From Eukaryota sp. TZLM1-RC (lineage: Eukaryota; Protista; Metamonada: BaSk clade): 64,000 nucleotides of DNA. Positions 34,789 through 47,029 of the stretch are shown here, in pieces. The DNA lies in assembly GCA_040285825.1 (NCBI GenBank), contig JAUPSS010000010.1, positions 804,881-868,880 of the forward strand, read 5' to 3'. The position numbers and the translations under genes are program-made. Under the pieces are notes generated by a model. The model was not told the origin of the DNA. It worked only from the letters and a program-made list of their open reading frames with translations, and did not search any database. How positions within the stretch are numbered: the stretch's first letter is position 1; the number at the start of each line of letters is the position of its first letter.

Positions 34789-37773
34789 TTACAACAACAA
34801 CACAATTAAAACACTAAAAGCAACAAAACCCAAGCTCAGAGTATTTCCTACAGCTGAGGATTCTACTACCAACGGACAATCCCCAATGCTTTTGGCACAT
34901 TCACCACTCTTACAAAGATAGGGGGTGCTTCCAAAACATTTAGCATTATCGACATCACTTTCCTTTGCAAAGAGGTAAATACCTGGTTCATTAGCTTTGG
35001 CAGTCAAAAACTGACCATCATAACTGACATCTGACGTGTGGCAGCGTAATGATGACGTGTCATTTTGAGATGATGATGAATCTTTTTTAACTAAACAATA
35101 GTCTGATGCTGGGCCGTTCAAACCAGAAGGAGCAATCAAGGAAAGTTCAAAATCAGCAGATTGACGACTTCTGACTTCCTCTAACGCTTCCACCTTTACT
35201 ACTGGTGTGGCAATGATTCCAACATCACCAACAGCCTCCCGTACTTCCGAGTCATCAATAGTGCAGAGAGAAAGAGGAGCAGGAACACCATTTCTTCCAA
35301 CTAGAGCATTAGAACCTGCTGAAAACTTACCCAAGCCTACTTCAGAATCGTAAAGGGAGAGAATATCAACATCAACATTCTCAAAAGCTCCTCTAATCAA
35401 GTCCAAACACATTGATTTCAGAGTGAAAGGGGCTGGTTTATCACATTCTATATGGTTGTTTACGCAATTGCCATCAATGCACTGAAATATCCCTTCTTCC
35501 TCGTCCCTACACCTTCCCACACAGTCTTCTTGGGTCAAAACACATCTTCCATCAGGACAGAACACAGGAAACTCCAGACCACAACCGTTGACATCAGGAC
35601 AGACTTCCCGGCACCTTCCATCGGCACACCTTTCTTCACCATCCTCACACTCATCGTCTACATCATCACAGGGTTTGTTCATGGGGACGCAATTACCATC
35701 AGGACAGCGTTTGTTGAGATCAAAAGGACATGTTGGGACAGCATCGCATTTGGTAATATCTGATTTGCATGATCCATCACTGCACAAAACCTGATCAGAA
35801 CTGCATTGGTAGTCCTTCATGCAATCGCTTGGTGAACGTCCACAACTACCATCAGCACAGGTGAAAGCATGTTCTCCTCTACATGAACCAGTGCCTCCAT
35901 CCCAGCGACCTCCCCATCCAGGTCCAAATGGGTCAGAATCATCAAGACTGATGACGTCATCATCCTCACCAGGTAAATATTCATTCATCCAACCAGAACC
36001 TTCATCGAATTCGACCCAACCCTCACCATTGCGTCCATTGGTGGAGTATCTTCCATTAGAAATACCACTACCTCCGCCACTGCCACCACTACCACCACCA
36101 AAGCAGTGTTCAGGATTGGTCACACAAGCAGAATTGCAGTACAATGTACCTGGAGGACATCTGAGAGGACATTCTTCAAAGCTAGAAGCACAAGAACCAC
36201 CAGGACAACGAACAAAGCCAGAAGGACATGGTGAAAGCGTTGAACAATGTTCAAGGTCAAAGGTGTAATCATCGCAGACAACCACGTCGCCACCATCCCT
36301 TTCTGGACAAATCAACACAAGTGGACAGTCAGCAACATTAGCAACGCAGTCACCAGATTTGCATTGATAGGGCAAATCTTTACTACAAGCACCACTATCA
36401 CAGCTGCTTTTGCATTCACCATTACTGCAAAGCAAAGTGCCTTCAGGGCATGACACAGTGCTGTGTTGGCAGTCTGACACGTCAGCAACACAATCACCAT
36501 TAGCACATCTATGGGGATTATCATAAGGACAACCGTTACTATTTTTACAATCAGCCTCAGTTTCTGCACATTGACCATCATTGCACCTAAAACGTTTAGT
36601 ATAGGGACAGCCATTACAAAGCCTTCTTGTTCCAGGATTGTAATGACCTCCTCCCCCACTGCCGCCTCCTCCTCCACCAGACACACAGTCATCTGGATCT
36701 GTTACACAGGCACCTCCGCTACACCGATAATAACCATCAGGACAGGAAGAAGATGATCGATTGCAATCTTCGGGATCAATTACACATCTACCATTACTAC
36801 ATCTAAACCAGCCATCTGGACAATTATTGTGCCTACCTGTGTTGTTTTTCTCCTCAATACTTCTACAGATACCGTCGTCCCATCGGTCATCTTCACCACA
36901 GGGACATGGGAGTATTGCTGGACAGTGTTCAGGCTTCTCCACACACTTTCCATTCGAGCACAGCCAAGGAAGCTCCCAGTGACAATAAGCATCTATGTGC
37001 TCTTGAGGAAAAGGTTCCGGGCACTTGATAACATTATCAACACATTCTCCAGTTAAACATTTGATAGGAGCTCGTGAATCCATGCATCGATAAGGAAGAG
37101 GGCAAAGTTGGGGGTCAGAAACACATTGACCTGTCTCGCATAGTATTGACCTATCGACAGGACAACCATTGGGGAGTGGACAATCGAGCTGAGGATCAAA
37201 ATCATCATGTACAGGCACACAGAAACCATTACACAAATGATGGTCCTCATCACATTCTTTTTCATGACCTTCACAGTCCTCTTCTTCCCTAACACAAGCT
37301 CCATCGGGGCACTTAATGGGACGCCATGGCTCACAAAAGGTTTCTCTGTGAGGACAAAGCTCGATGTCAGCCCGGCATTCAATCGTCATTGTGGTAAGTT
37401 CATTGCCCCAGCGTTTAGTGGCATTTGGACAACGGAAGGAAGCATCAACAGGACAAGGACAATCCCAAAAGTCTGCAGCGCAGGATTGGTCTGGACAACG
37501 GTAGGGTGTGGAGCTTGGGCAATTGTGAAGAGTACAATCTTCTAGGCATTTCACACATGTACCATCACTACAGACAATGGAATGATCGGCTGGACAAGAT
37601 GTGGGTGGACATTGTTCTACAGCTAAGAGGCAAGACCCATCTGGACAAGGAGCGATGGAGTAAGTGATATCATCATCTAAGCAATGGTTTGCGAATAACG
37701 GAACCACAAGGAACAGTAAACAATAATAGAGGGTATGAGTCATTGATGATGTAGAGAATAAATTCTTTTTCAT
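34789..37773 (-). CDS. Cysteine-rich repeat surface protein with signal peptide and GPI-type C-terminus
   Basis: Hydrophobic N-terminus; >20 C-x(2)-G-x-C-V...C-P repeats; Gly/Ser linkers; C-terminal SSAVGNTLSLGFVAFSVLIVLLL. Confidence 0.85.
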   Translation of the reverse strand: MKKNLFSTSSMTHTLYYCLLFLVVPLFANHCLDDDITYSIAPCPDGSCLLAVEQCPPTSCPADHSIVCSDGTCVKCLEDCTLHNCPSSTPYRCPDQSCAADFWDCPCPVDASFRCPNATKRWGNELTTMTIECRADIELCPHRETFCEPWRPIKCPDGACVREEEDCEGHEKECDEDHHLCNGFCVPVHDDFDPQLDCPLPNGCPVDRSILCETGQCVSDPQLCPLPYRCMDSRAPIKCLTGECVDNVIKCPEPFPQEHIDAYCHWELPWLCSNGKCVEKPEHCPAILPCPCGEDDRWDDGICRSIEEKNNTGRHNNCPDGWFRCSNGRCVIDPEDCNRSSSSCPDGYYRCSGGACVTDPDDCVSGGGGGGSGGGGHYNPGTRRLCNGCPYTKRFRCNDGQCAETEADCKNSNGCPYDNPHRCANGDCVADVSDCQHSTVSCPEGTLLCSNGECKSSCDSGACSKDLPYQCKSGDCVANVADCPLVLICPERDGGDVVVCDDYTFDLEHCSTLSPCPSGFVRCPGGSCASSFEECPLRCPPGTLYCNSACVTNPEHCFGGGSGGSGGGSGISNGRYSTNGRNGEGWVEFDEGSGWMNEYLPGEDDDVISLDDSDPFGPGWGGRWDGGTGSCRGEHAFTCADGSCGRSPSDCMKDYQCSSDQVLCSDGSCKSDITKCDAVPTCPFDLNKRCPDGNCVPMNKPCDDVDDECEDGEERCADGRCREVCPDVNGCGLEFPVFCPDGRCVLTQEDCVGRCRDEEEGIFQCIDGNCVNNHIECDKPAPFTLKSMCLDLIRGAFENVDVDILSLYDSEVGLGKFSAGSNALVGRNGVPAPLSLCTIDDSEVREAVGDVGIIATPVVKVEALEEVRSRQSADFELSLIAPSGLNGPASDYCLVKKDSSSSQNDTSSLRCHTSDVSYDGQFLTAKANEPGIYLFAKESDVDNAKCFGSTPYLCKSGECAKSIGDCPLVVESSAVGNTLSLGFVAFSVLIVLLL

Positions 37774-38556
37774 TGGTCTGAAAATAAAGGTGGCGGAATG
37801 AATTTAATAAATGAAAACTGTACCCCAGATTAATGTACAATGCCAAATGCTGTGCTTATAATCGATACAGTAATTTACTCAAATTGAATGACAATAAAGC
37901 GTCTTGAAACGATTCATGTTTGTTGTCAAATTGAACTTCACCATTTCCAGTGCAAAATAATCCATAGTGATTTGTTGATACATTGATTAGTCTGGTTGAG
38001 ACTAATTAAGAACAGCTAAATTTTCTTCAATTGTAATGAGTCATGAACAGACTAAACGAACTTTTTGGTATCAGAAAACTTCTGTCTATACCAGACCATT
38101 TACAATGATAACATCAATATTTGCCGCTGGAACATCAATTTTCTTGATGAAGCTGACCGCTTGGGTCTGCGTTAAGTTAATTTTGTTGATGAACAATTGC
38201 TTGTTGTTTTATTGTTGCAATAAAAAAAGACTATGGGTTGTTTCTTTCTTTTCAGCTCAATAGATACCTATCATAAAAGCAAACGAGTGAACTTTTATTA
38301 CTTTTATTTTTTTTTTATTTTTTTTTATTTTTTAATGAGTTTCGATCCGTGAGATGTTGAATAAGAACAAAATGATAAACTCAACATTTAGCAGTCACTG
38401 TCCATACAATCCTTATAGATAATTTAAAATAAATTTTGAGACACACAAGGATACAACATGCACACTGAGAATACAAACAAGCATGGTTTATTACATCATA
38501 AGAATTCATAACCACGCATCAAAAATGAAACTAGAATACGAAAATAAGCAAAATTT

Positions 38557-40758
38557 CTAGGAAGCAAGTTCTTTGTTCTGATCTATATAGTGGCAAAAAA
38601 GAGGATTCAAACATGCGGAATATTGAATCCACCATGGAAAACAAGATAATTCAACTAGATATTCACTCCTGATTAGTTTAACAGATTTAATTAAACCCTG
38701 ATTAATAAGTTTTGTTGGGAAAAAAGGTGACTTTGACAGGCTGCGTTCGCGCGGTTCAACTAAGTGAACGAATCTCAAGGAAGGAAATTTCGCCTCAGTG
38801 ATATACTTTGGTACTATGCCATGAACGATCAATTCCTTCAATTTAGGTAAATGTATTCTAAGCGGAAAAGCCTTTTGTTTGTTCCACGCAACTACTTCCA
38901 ATCTATTAATGGAATGAGTTAAAGGAATTTGTCCCATTGATATAGGATATGAAATGTGATGAGATAGCACCACCAACTCTTTCAGTGATGGGAGATCGTT
39001 TAAACATCTGATCAAAATATTCGAGTTTTTCAATACTAACTTCACTAGTGAAGCAGGTAATTGATGCACAATCATTCCATAATCAAGCTCTAGACACTGA
39101 AGATTTGGTAAGTTTGTAAAGTTCATAATAATCCTATGAGGTCTCCATTGAGCCTTACCTGTGAGCTTAATATCCACAACATTTGGAAATAAAGTCAATA
39201 AACCTGCATCAAAACGAATTCTATCAATGTAAATTTCAAGTTTACTAATTGTAGTATTAATTACTTTGGGACCATCAAATGCGGTGGATAAATGCAATTG
39301 TAAATCACAAAGATTATCATTCAAATTTAAATCTTGAGGATCTTTGAGAAACATTTTCTTTGGAATCGGATGAGCTTCAAACACTTGATGAGCCAATTGA
39401 GCTACCCTTTTACTAATACCACATTTGACGTAAAACCTTGCCCTAAGATATGAAAAATTGCCAACGAACTCCTCCAAATAATACAAATAATGAAAAAGGA
39501 TCAACTTGATGAGATGTCTAAACAATCTACTTAGAGGTTGTTCCGAAGATTCAAAAGTGCTCAGTATTTCAGATCCAAATCCAGTGACTGGTTGTAGCTG
39601 CCCAATCAACTCAGCTGAACCTAATTGGCCTGAATTTTTGAGTCCCGAGCCCCAAATAGTGCGCTCATTGTAAGCAAAAAGGAAGTCTTTAGCTATTGAA
39701 ATACCTTTTACATCAGAGAAACCACCAATGCAATGTGGCTTGTTGCAAAAACCATTAATACTGCCCAACTCTCCCCACACATAAACTTGGCCATTTTTAT
39801 CAATAGCAGCATAAGTATTCGCGTAGCCTCTGTACCTACAAATATAAATTATATCACCTAACCCTTCAATTTTGATGGGCTCACCGATAATACAATCACT
39901 TCCTATGTTAAACTTCCAAATTTCACCATTGAAATCAATGAAAAACATGTATTGGCTACTCCAACCAAGACTACTTACACTGTCAAACACAATGGAATTT
40001 TCCAATGGTTCGAAAGGAATTGAGTGGTGATTTACTTCTAGCATAGTGCATCGATTATCATGATCACGCCAATAGAACATGTTGTTTTCCTTGTCAGTTG
40101 CTAGAAATGAATTACCATCAACATTGAGATTATCAATATTATTTAAATCATTCATTACCTCAAATGATTTTCTGTCCCCCCATCTGACAACTTGACCTTC
40201 TTGGCTTATTGCAAATGAACAGCGTTCACCACCATATACTTTCTTAACACTATAAGGAATGTTTATAAGGGTGATTGGAAGTGAACCACTACTTGACATG
40301 TTGATTTGATTATTGCCATTCCTACCCCATCCATATAACTTTCCATCAGAAGATAGGGCAAGAGAGTGGTCATAACCAGCTGAGATGGTGATTATGTCGT
40401 ATAAAGGAAGTTTGATTGGTGATTTAATTGTTTTAGGCCCATTGTAAAAAACATGTCCAGAAACATTCCACCCCCAACCATAAACTTCACCAGAGTAGGT
40501 GAGCAGGAGGTGATGGTCTATACCGCTCGAAATGGACTTTACCCCAATATCTTTGGGAGAGCAAAGATCGGCAGGGTGTGATGAATTTTGATGAAAAAGA
40601 GAGGGGTCACTTAATTCTGGTAGAGATGTGTGAAAGTCATCTGAAAGGTTCTGTGAGGACATGGTTTCGATTCTTTCTGGTTGATAAGCAAACGGAGTCC
40701 AACGAGATATAGGATCTGCAGGAGGATTTGTGGAACCTAGACTATCGTTGTTGTTCAT
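38557..40758 (-). CDS. RCC1-repeat protein with C-terminal leucine-rich repeats
   Basis: ISAGYDHSLALSSDGKLYGWGRNGNNQ RCC1 repeats; LPNLQCLEL, LPSLKELVV, LPKLKELIV LRR units. Confidence 0.85.
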   Translation of the reverse strand: MNNNDSLGSTNPPADPISRWTPFAYQPERIETMSSQNLSDDFHTSLPELSDPSLFHQNSSHPADLCSPKDIGVKSISSGIDHHLLLTYSGEVYGWGWNVSGHVFYNGPKTIKSPIKLPLYDIITISAGYDHSLALSSDGKLYGWGRNGNNQINMSSSGSLPITLINIPYSVKKVYGGERCSFAISQEGQVVRWGDRKSFEVMNDLNNIDNLNVDGNSFLATDKENNMFYWRDHDNRCTMLEVNHHSIPFEPLENSIVFDSVSSLGWSSQYMFFIDFNGEIWKFNIGSDCIIGEPIKIEGLGDIIYICRYRGYANTYAAIDKNGQVYVWGELGSINGFCNKPHCIGGFSDVKGISIAKDFLFAYNERTIWGSGLKNSGQLGSAELIGQLQPVTGFGSEILSTFESSEQPLSRLFRHLIKLILFHYLYYLEEFVGNFSYLRARFYVKCGISKRVAQLAHQVFEAHPIPKKMFLKDPQDLNLNDNLCDLQLHLSTAFDGPKVINTTISKLEIYIDRIRFDAGLLTLFPNVVDIKLTGKAQWRPHRIIMNFTNLPNLQCLELDYGMIVHQLPASLVKLVLKNSNILIRCLNDLPSLKELVVLSHHISYPISMGQIPLTHSINRLEVVAWNKQKAFPLRIHLPKLKELIVHGIVPKYITEAKFPSLRFVHLVEPRERSLSKSPFFPTKLINQGLIKSVKLIRSEYLVELSCFPWWIQYSACLNPLFCHYIDQNKELAS

Positions 40759-41476
40759 TGTAGTCGAAAATGGTGTAAAACTCTATTATTGATTCAAAAT
40801 TGTCTAAAATTTGGTTCTCCCCAGAGTTGAAAAACAAAACTATCCTTTGACCAAAAATAGTCACCACCATATGGCTCAAACTAACAAAGTCGAAAATTCT
40901 GATAGTGGTTCCCTCATTGGTTGGAGTTGGTCCTCATTCGTTCGAATCACCTTGCCCTTCAATTCAGGTTATGCATACCTGCAAAGGTCCTGCTAAATGA
41001 TTAATGATTTGATACGTTTATATATTAATAGTGTAAAATTTTCCTAATAATGAACAGGAAATTCTTCCTAGGTCACAGGAAACCTTACGATTTTGTGTCA
41101 AAACATTACAACCAGATTCAACAAGTTTTTCGAAGGTTAGGATTTTAGAGTAATTTTTGGCGCGACCTGAACATGAAAATTTTGCATTCGTTAATTTTCT
41201 GTGAGACCCTTTGAATATCTTCTTTTATATGGCAAAAGAAATATCACCAAAAAATAACAAATTACCACATGGGCAATTTTGGGCTTTTCACTAGTTTGAT
41301 TCACATTAAATACAAAATTCTTTGTAATAACATGAGTTATTGTCGTTTGAAACACAGAAGATGTGTAGTAAAAAAGATAATAATAAAATTTTCAATTAAT
41401 GAATTTCGATTTTACTTTATTATCGCAAGAAATGCAAGACTTTCATGTATTAGGGTGCTTTTGCTTAGAGATACAC

Positions 41477-42000
41477 TGTCATTAAACAAGTTTGGTTCTG
41501 ATGACTGAAGTGATAAATACTTTGATTGGATTAATAACCTGAAATTATTGTTGATATTGTCTCCTGTAATGCTTTAATCGACACTGTGGCTCAAAGAAGG
41601 AAACTTAATGGTGTAAGTGCTCTTGAATTTAAGGCTAAAGAAAAACATAGAAAATATGACAAAGATATCGCGATTGTTTATACTAATAGAAACAGAAAAC
41701 TTGTTTTATTGCTTTTCCATTTTCCATAAACGGAAGACTATGAGTAGAAGCAGAAACATTTTTGAATGATTTCCAAATATTGGTTCAAAAAACAGCAATG
41801 AAGAAATTTGATGTCTGTTTATGACACTCCTCGAATTCAATTTGCCACAATCAATAGATTGCCTCGGTTGTTCAATCAAATTATAGATGTTTCAGCGAGA
41901 CAGCAAGTACATCAAGATTCTGTAGAGGAAGTCTTGGTTCAATGAATTTCTCCTCATTAGTTATGAGTTTATTTTGTAAAGTTTAGAAGTTTATTAAATA
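41477..42000 (+). mobile_element. CRE-like family A 3' fragment
   Basis: Colinear with 27660-28330 (without the insert) and 51480-51955. Confidence 0.85.
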
Positions 42001-42204
42001 TGTGTAGAATCGTAGCCAACTCTCAATATATATTTAGATTAGTATACTCATTTAATTATATTCTAGTTATTGGTTATCAACTGATTGATTTTGGAAAAAA
42101 ACAAGAAGCTGTGTTGGTGTTGATAAACGTATATGTTATAAATGGAAAATAAAGTGTCATTATTTTAATTCTTCGACTTTAAGCAACAAAATTGTCAGAT
42201 ATTA

Positions 42205-42400
42205 ACCAGTGTTCTTTGTCCTTCTATTTTTGATATTTAGCTCCCGTGGATCTGTTGGTAAAATATATTTGGATGATTTTGTTGAAATTGTAATAGAACG
42301 TACAGAAAGATCTTTTGATAAGGTGTCATTGATAACTATTGCCAAACTCAATTGTTTCTCTGTATTTAAAGGTATTGTTTCTTTATCGTACTTTGGTTTG
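42205..42400 (+). mobile_element. CRE-like RLE 3' fragment
   Basis: YLDDFVEIVIERTERSFDK...FSVFKG similar to the 24130-24360 and 32500-32690 fragments. Confidence 0.6.
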
Positions 42401-42904
42401 TAAATTCATGTACGAGTTGTTATATTATTGCGCAGAGCAAATACAAATGATCCCGATGATTCACAACGTCGTCGCATTTACGGAATGAATCTGATATACG
42501 TTTGAAAATGCTACAAAGCTGTTCAAATAAAACTATTAAAATTATTGTTTTTCAAATACAATCATCACTGAGGACTCTGGTATTTTGGAATAAAATTACT
42601 TACTATATTTCGTGACAACAGAGAAACATAGACATTGAACAGTCAGTTTTAAAGAAACCAACCATAAACAATGTAGATTTTCATTAATATCAAGTTTAAA
42701 AAGTGGTGATAGTTAATGATGTCGTACAAGGTGACACATAGAACACAGAAGACATGTTTGAGCTATCATTTCATTGTCGTTGAAAGTCTAGCATTGCAGT
42801 CATTGTGAGATGAATTGTTGTTGTTCTCTGCAGACAAAATATTTGATTACATATTTACAACACAATAACAAATATGGGAGTTCCAACATTTCAAATGAAA
42901 AAAA

Positions 42905-43567
42905 CTAAGGACGACGTGCAGTGAGATATTGCGTATCAACCCATCCAACCTCACCATTGACAGAAACCAACCCCCAAGAACCAAATCTTTTGATGTTTGC
43001 ATACCAAAGAACTTCCTGTCGGGGTGTTAGGTATCCGAGAACACGGTCGGAGCTGGGACCCTGCAACAATGGGAACCTCCAAGTGACTCTATCTTGGACC
43101 CATCGAGGTTGGAAGTCGTCGCGAACGCTGGGAGGACGAAGGGCTCCATTGGTTGGTAGGCGACCACCACCACTAATGACACGTTCTATGTAGTTTCCAT
43201 GTTGGTCCATGATGAATGCTGTGTGGCCAGTGACTTTCCAAGAGTGGAAGGTCATCACATGAGCAGCGCTACCTACGGGATAATCTCCCTTACCACCATT
43301 AGATGCGAACATTATGTCACCAGCTTGCAATTGTGTTGGATCTACATCACGAAATCCTTGGGATTTGAGATGATTCCATAGGTTTTGAACTGCGGCATAA
43401 CCGGGAAACAACGATCCATCAACTCGAACGTAATCAGAGTAGCCAAGACGATCTAGTGCAACAGTAGCAGTACAGGAACACGTATGTCCCCCAGCCCAGG
43501 AACAAAGATCATTAACGATAGCCATGATATTGGCATGTGTGTAGTGAAACTGATTTGCAAACCCCAT
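42905..43567 (-). CDS. NlpC/P60-superfamily (CHAP/amidase-like) peptidoglycan hydrolase fused to a bacterial SH3b domain
   Basis: HTCSC (catalytic Cys region), LQAGDIMF, AAHVMTF (His); C-terminal QGPSSDRVLGYL...GSWGLVSVNGEVGWVDTQYL is typical SH3b; intronless. Confidence 0.75.
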   Translation of the reverse strand: MGFANQFHYTHANIMAIVNDLCSWAGGHTCSCTATVALDRLGYSDYVRVDGSLFPGYAAVQNLWNHLKSQGFRDVDPTQLQAGDIMFASNGGKGDYPVGSAAHVMTFHSWKVTGHTAFIMDQHGNYIERVISGGGRLPTNGALRPPSVRDDFQPRWVQDRVTWRFPLLQGPSSDRVLGYLTPRQEVLWYANIKRFGSWGLVSVNGEVGWVDTQYLTARRP

Positions 43568-44740
43568 TGGGGACAGCGCAGAAACCGTGCAAACTGAGTT
43601 TAATCGAGAACATTCTGATCATACACAATGCGGCGAAGAGGACCAAATGGACTTTCATAGGTTTGTCGCAAAAATACAGAAAAAAATTGGCAATCCAAAT
43701 CAAATATCCATACAGTCATCAATTTGATGAGAAAAAGCTATTTTCATTAAGTTATTTCTATTCCCACTGAAAATTAATTCATGTATTAACGAGTTATAAG
43801 ATTAGGGGTAAATTTCCATTGGTTAAAAGAAGAAAAATATAGAGTAAATGAGATCAACGGAACAATAACTGTTGAATAGTACACGGTTTTTGAACATTAC
43901 AATTGAGGGAAAAGTGTCAATTCCAAACACTGAATCGATCAAATGAAATACAAACCATAGAACCTTGAAACATCGAAACAAAAACAGCAGTAGAGATGAA
44001 AGGTAAAGATTGTTATAATGATTAAGACAGATTTCAAAAGCACAATTGAGATTTCTGGACACAGAACAACAAAATTCACAGTAGATATATATAAAACTTT
44101 TGAACTACAAGAATGCTTCATTTGTATTTGTCAAATCAGCTCAAATTAAGCAGTTTGTCAATCAAGACACCAGATTTCATAGCTGTGCTGACAATGAACG
44201 AACACCTTGAGACAAAAAAATGCTCCTCTGTACCTAATATTATCAGAAAGAGGTGAGCACACGTTATTGAACACACGTTTGAAACGTGTGAAACCACTTT
44301 TCAATGAGAATCCACTTGTCATTTCTGCAAGAGACCATTCCATCTCTTACTTTTAATCTACAAGGAAGATTGTTGCGAATGTTGTTTCTCATATTTTTAC
44401 TCGAGAACACCTTGAATTAAATATTTGTTTTTCTGAGCTTGTAGAAAGGTCAACAAGCTGAAATGAACAATATGGCAACTATTATGGCAAATACAATACT
44501 TGTAGTATTAACGCAATTTATTATCATCATCACAAACTAAAAACAGTTTCTAAAATTGTATTGGGGTAAAATACGATCGACCTTGATCCTCAGTGTATTG
44601 CAAACTATTTGGAGGTTCAAGAAAATGATCCCTTGTCAGATTTTTACTTATTTCAACTAAGAACTGCATCTGCAGTTTGTTGTCTAAGGGATATTGATTT
44701 AACCAAGAAATTATTTAATTTCTTGAACAATGACCATTTC

Positions 44741-46988
44741 ATGGAAACTGTTAAACATAAACCTTATGATGTTTATAAAGAAAGTCTACAAAATGTCATC
44801 AGAGATCAGAAAATGCTTGACGTGATCGATAAAGCAGTTATTAGGTGTCAGCAAATTTCTATTGTTGGTTTAGAAGTCATTTGTAGTTAATATGTGCATC
44901 TTTGTGACTTAAACTCTAATGATATTTTACCAAAAATTGAAACGCAATTTTTTCGTGCCACTTTTCATGTGGTCACGTTTCAAAGTGAGGAGGAATGCTC
45001 ACTAAACCCAAAGAAAAAATCAGCTTTTCAAAATTCTTGTTCTGGGCCATTGTTGGAATCTTTTCATCAACATTTCAAGGACAAACTTGTTCCCAAAGTT
45101 TTATCAAAAAAAAGGAATAAGTATTATTTTGTATTACACTATTGACAAACTGATTGTGAATGTCCAAAATAACATTTGGAAGCATCATTTTGATTACTTG
45201 GATCGGTTTATCGATGTTTTTTATGATGTTAAGAGAAACATCAATGTCCTGAAAAAGCGATATAAAACATACTTCTTATCATTCATCAGCAAAGTTAAAT
45301 CCTTCCTTGTAGAAGGATGTAGAGATATTGATGGCGAAACTTCTGCAATGAGAAACAAAGTCTCATCAATTACTTCGCTTTTCATTAATGACCGGATTCC
45401 TCTTTTACTTCCCAGTAATTCTTCAATGGCAAAATATTCAAAATTTGATTATTCGTCACAATCAAATTACTATTTGAAAACAATGTTTTACATTGTTAAT
45501 TATTTAGAAGATGGGGAGAGCAAACTGTTTCATGCTTTGCCTTTGAAGAATTCTTGTATTCCCTCATGCATCAAAATTGACAAAACAAGTTTATTGCACT
45601 TTTTCTTCGCCAAATACAAGGACGTTCTTGGTCATTAAAAGTCCTCCTACCAATGCAATAATCAAGCACCTGATTTGATTTTATGAAATACCTTTTTGAA
45701 AATGGATGAGATTAAAAACACGGAACATCATTCAGAAAGTTCCAAGTACATCATGTCTAGTATCGAGACTGATGGAATAGCGGTATCATTCATTCAATCT
45801 AGAATTGACTTGAAAATAATACAAAGTAACTGCAAAAGAATTGAAAGATAAAGAAAAATATATTGATGATCCCAGTATCAATCCTTCTGAATTTCAAGAT
45901 ATGACCCTTGCTGCTGCTGATCCAGGGAAATCTGATCTACTCTATTTTTCTGCCAATTTAGTTACTGGAATGACTCAATTAAAAAAAACCTGAGAGAGAT
46001 AAATATGTTCATTTCAGGTACACTCAAAATCAACAAAGATTTGAGTCGAAAAGTTCCAAATTTAAAAGAATAAGAAACAGCATACGGAATGACCCTCTTA
46101 TCATAATAAGTAATTCTACTGGTAGAGTGATTGATCTATCCAATTATGAACCATCTGAAGAGCAACAACAAAGGATGGATTTAATCAGCAGTATAATTAA
46201 TTAAATGACTGAAAGAACAATCAGTTTATTAAGAGGTGAAGTACCTCAAGAAATCAATATTCCCCACGAAATTGATTACTCATTAAATTTGAGAAATAAT
46301 AATCAAAAAACTAAATCTGTAGCAGAATGGGAAGCAACTTTATCCCAATTCAATTCCAAAAGCTACAGGTTTGATAGACTTATGGAGTATATTAAACAAA
46401 AGAATTTTGTGAATAGTATTGTTGGAGATGTCTATCATCAAAAATTATTTAGGAAACTAAGATGGTGGGCTGAGATTAATCGCACAAGATCTGAAGCGAA
46501 GATGATACAGAGATTCAAATCAGTAATTGGTGATTCAGGTCAAGTACTTGTCGGAATCAGAGACTGGGAACAACGAAAAAACATGAAATTCAAAGAACCT
46601 ACCAAAGGAAAAGGTTTGAGAATTCTATTTAAAATGGCTGGTTATAAGGTCTTTTTGATTGATGAGTTTCGAACCAGTTGATGTTGTTTCAACTGTAAGA
46701 AAGCGGAGAAAACAATTGGAACATTCCGATGGTGCAGAAATCCTAGGCCATGGAAGAGGCATGAGATGTCTATTCGTCACGGACTTACCATGTGTAAAAC
46801 ATGCGAAAGTTTGTGGAATAGAGATCGGACTGCTTCGCTGAATATGTTGGCAGTGATGGAAGCATGTAAAAGGTGGAGATAGACCGGAATACCTGCAGAG
46901 AGCCAAGGTTGATGAAGGTACAAAGAAAATGGCATCAAGGAGAAAATCATCCACTTCCCAAAAACTTAGACCCTCTACATCGGTGTAA
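44741..46988 (+). pseudogene. Degenerate, near full-length Fanzor (TnpB-family) nuclease of a second family
   Basis: IVNVQNNIWKHHF; FHALPLKNSCIPSCIKIDKTSL; SIETDGIAVS; RuvC-I AADPGKSDL; LFRKLRW; EPTKGKGLR..LIDEFRTS*CCFNC; HGLTMCKTCESLWNRDRTASLNM; DRPEYL; stop TAA 46986-46988; several frameshifts and stops. Confidence 0.9.
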
Positions 46989-47029
46989 AAAGGACACTTA
47001 TTTCATTGTTATAGACATCATCTGTAATA

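Noticed and set aside
35452-37667. Many overlapping short ORFs antisense to the Cys-rich gene (likewise for histones and CCDC22)
   Set aside because: Shadow frames of GC-richer coding sequence with no independent evidence
37986-38006. Palindrome ATTAGTCT...AGACTAAT resembling the pogo subterminal palindrome at 17973-17993
   Set aside because: Too short, and no flanking similarity or TA-TIR to define an element
41140-41212. Possible Tc1/mariner-type TIR (AGGGTCTCACAGAAAATTAACG on the - strand)
   Set aside because: No partner TIR, TA duplication or transposase in the window
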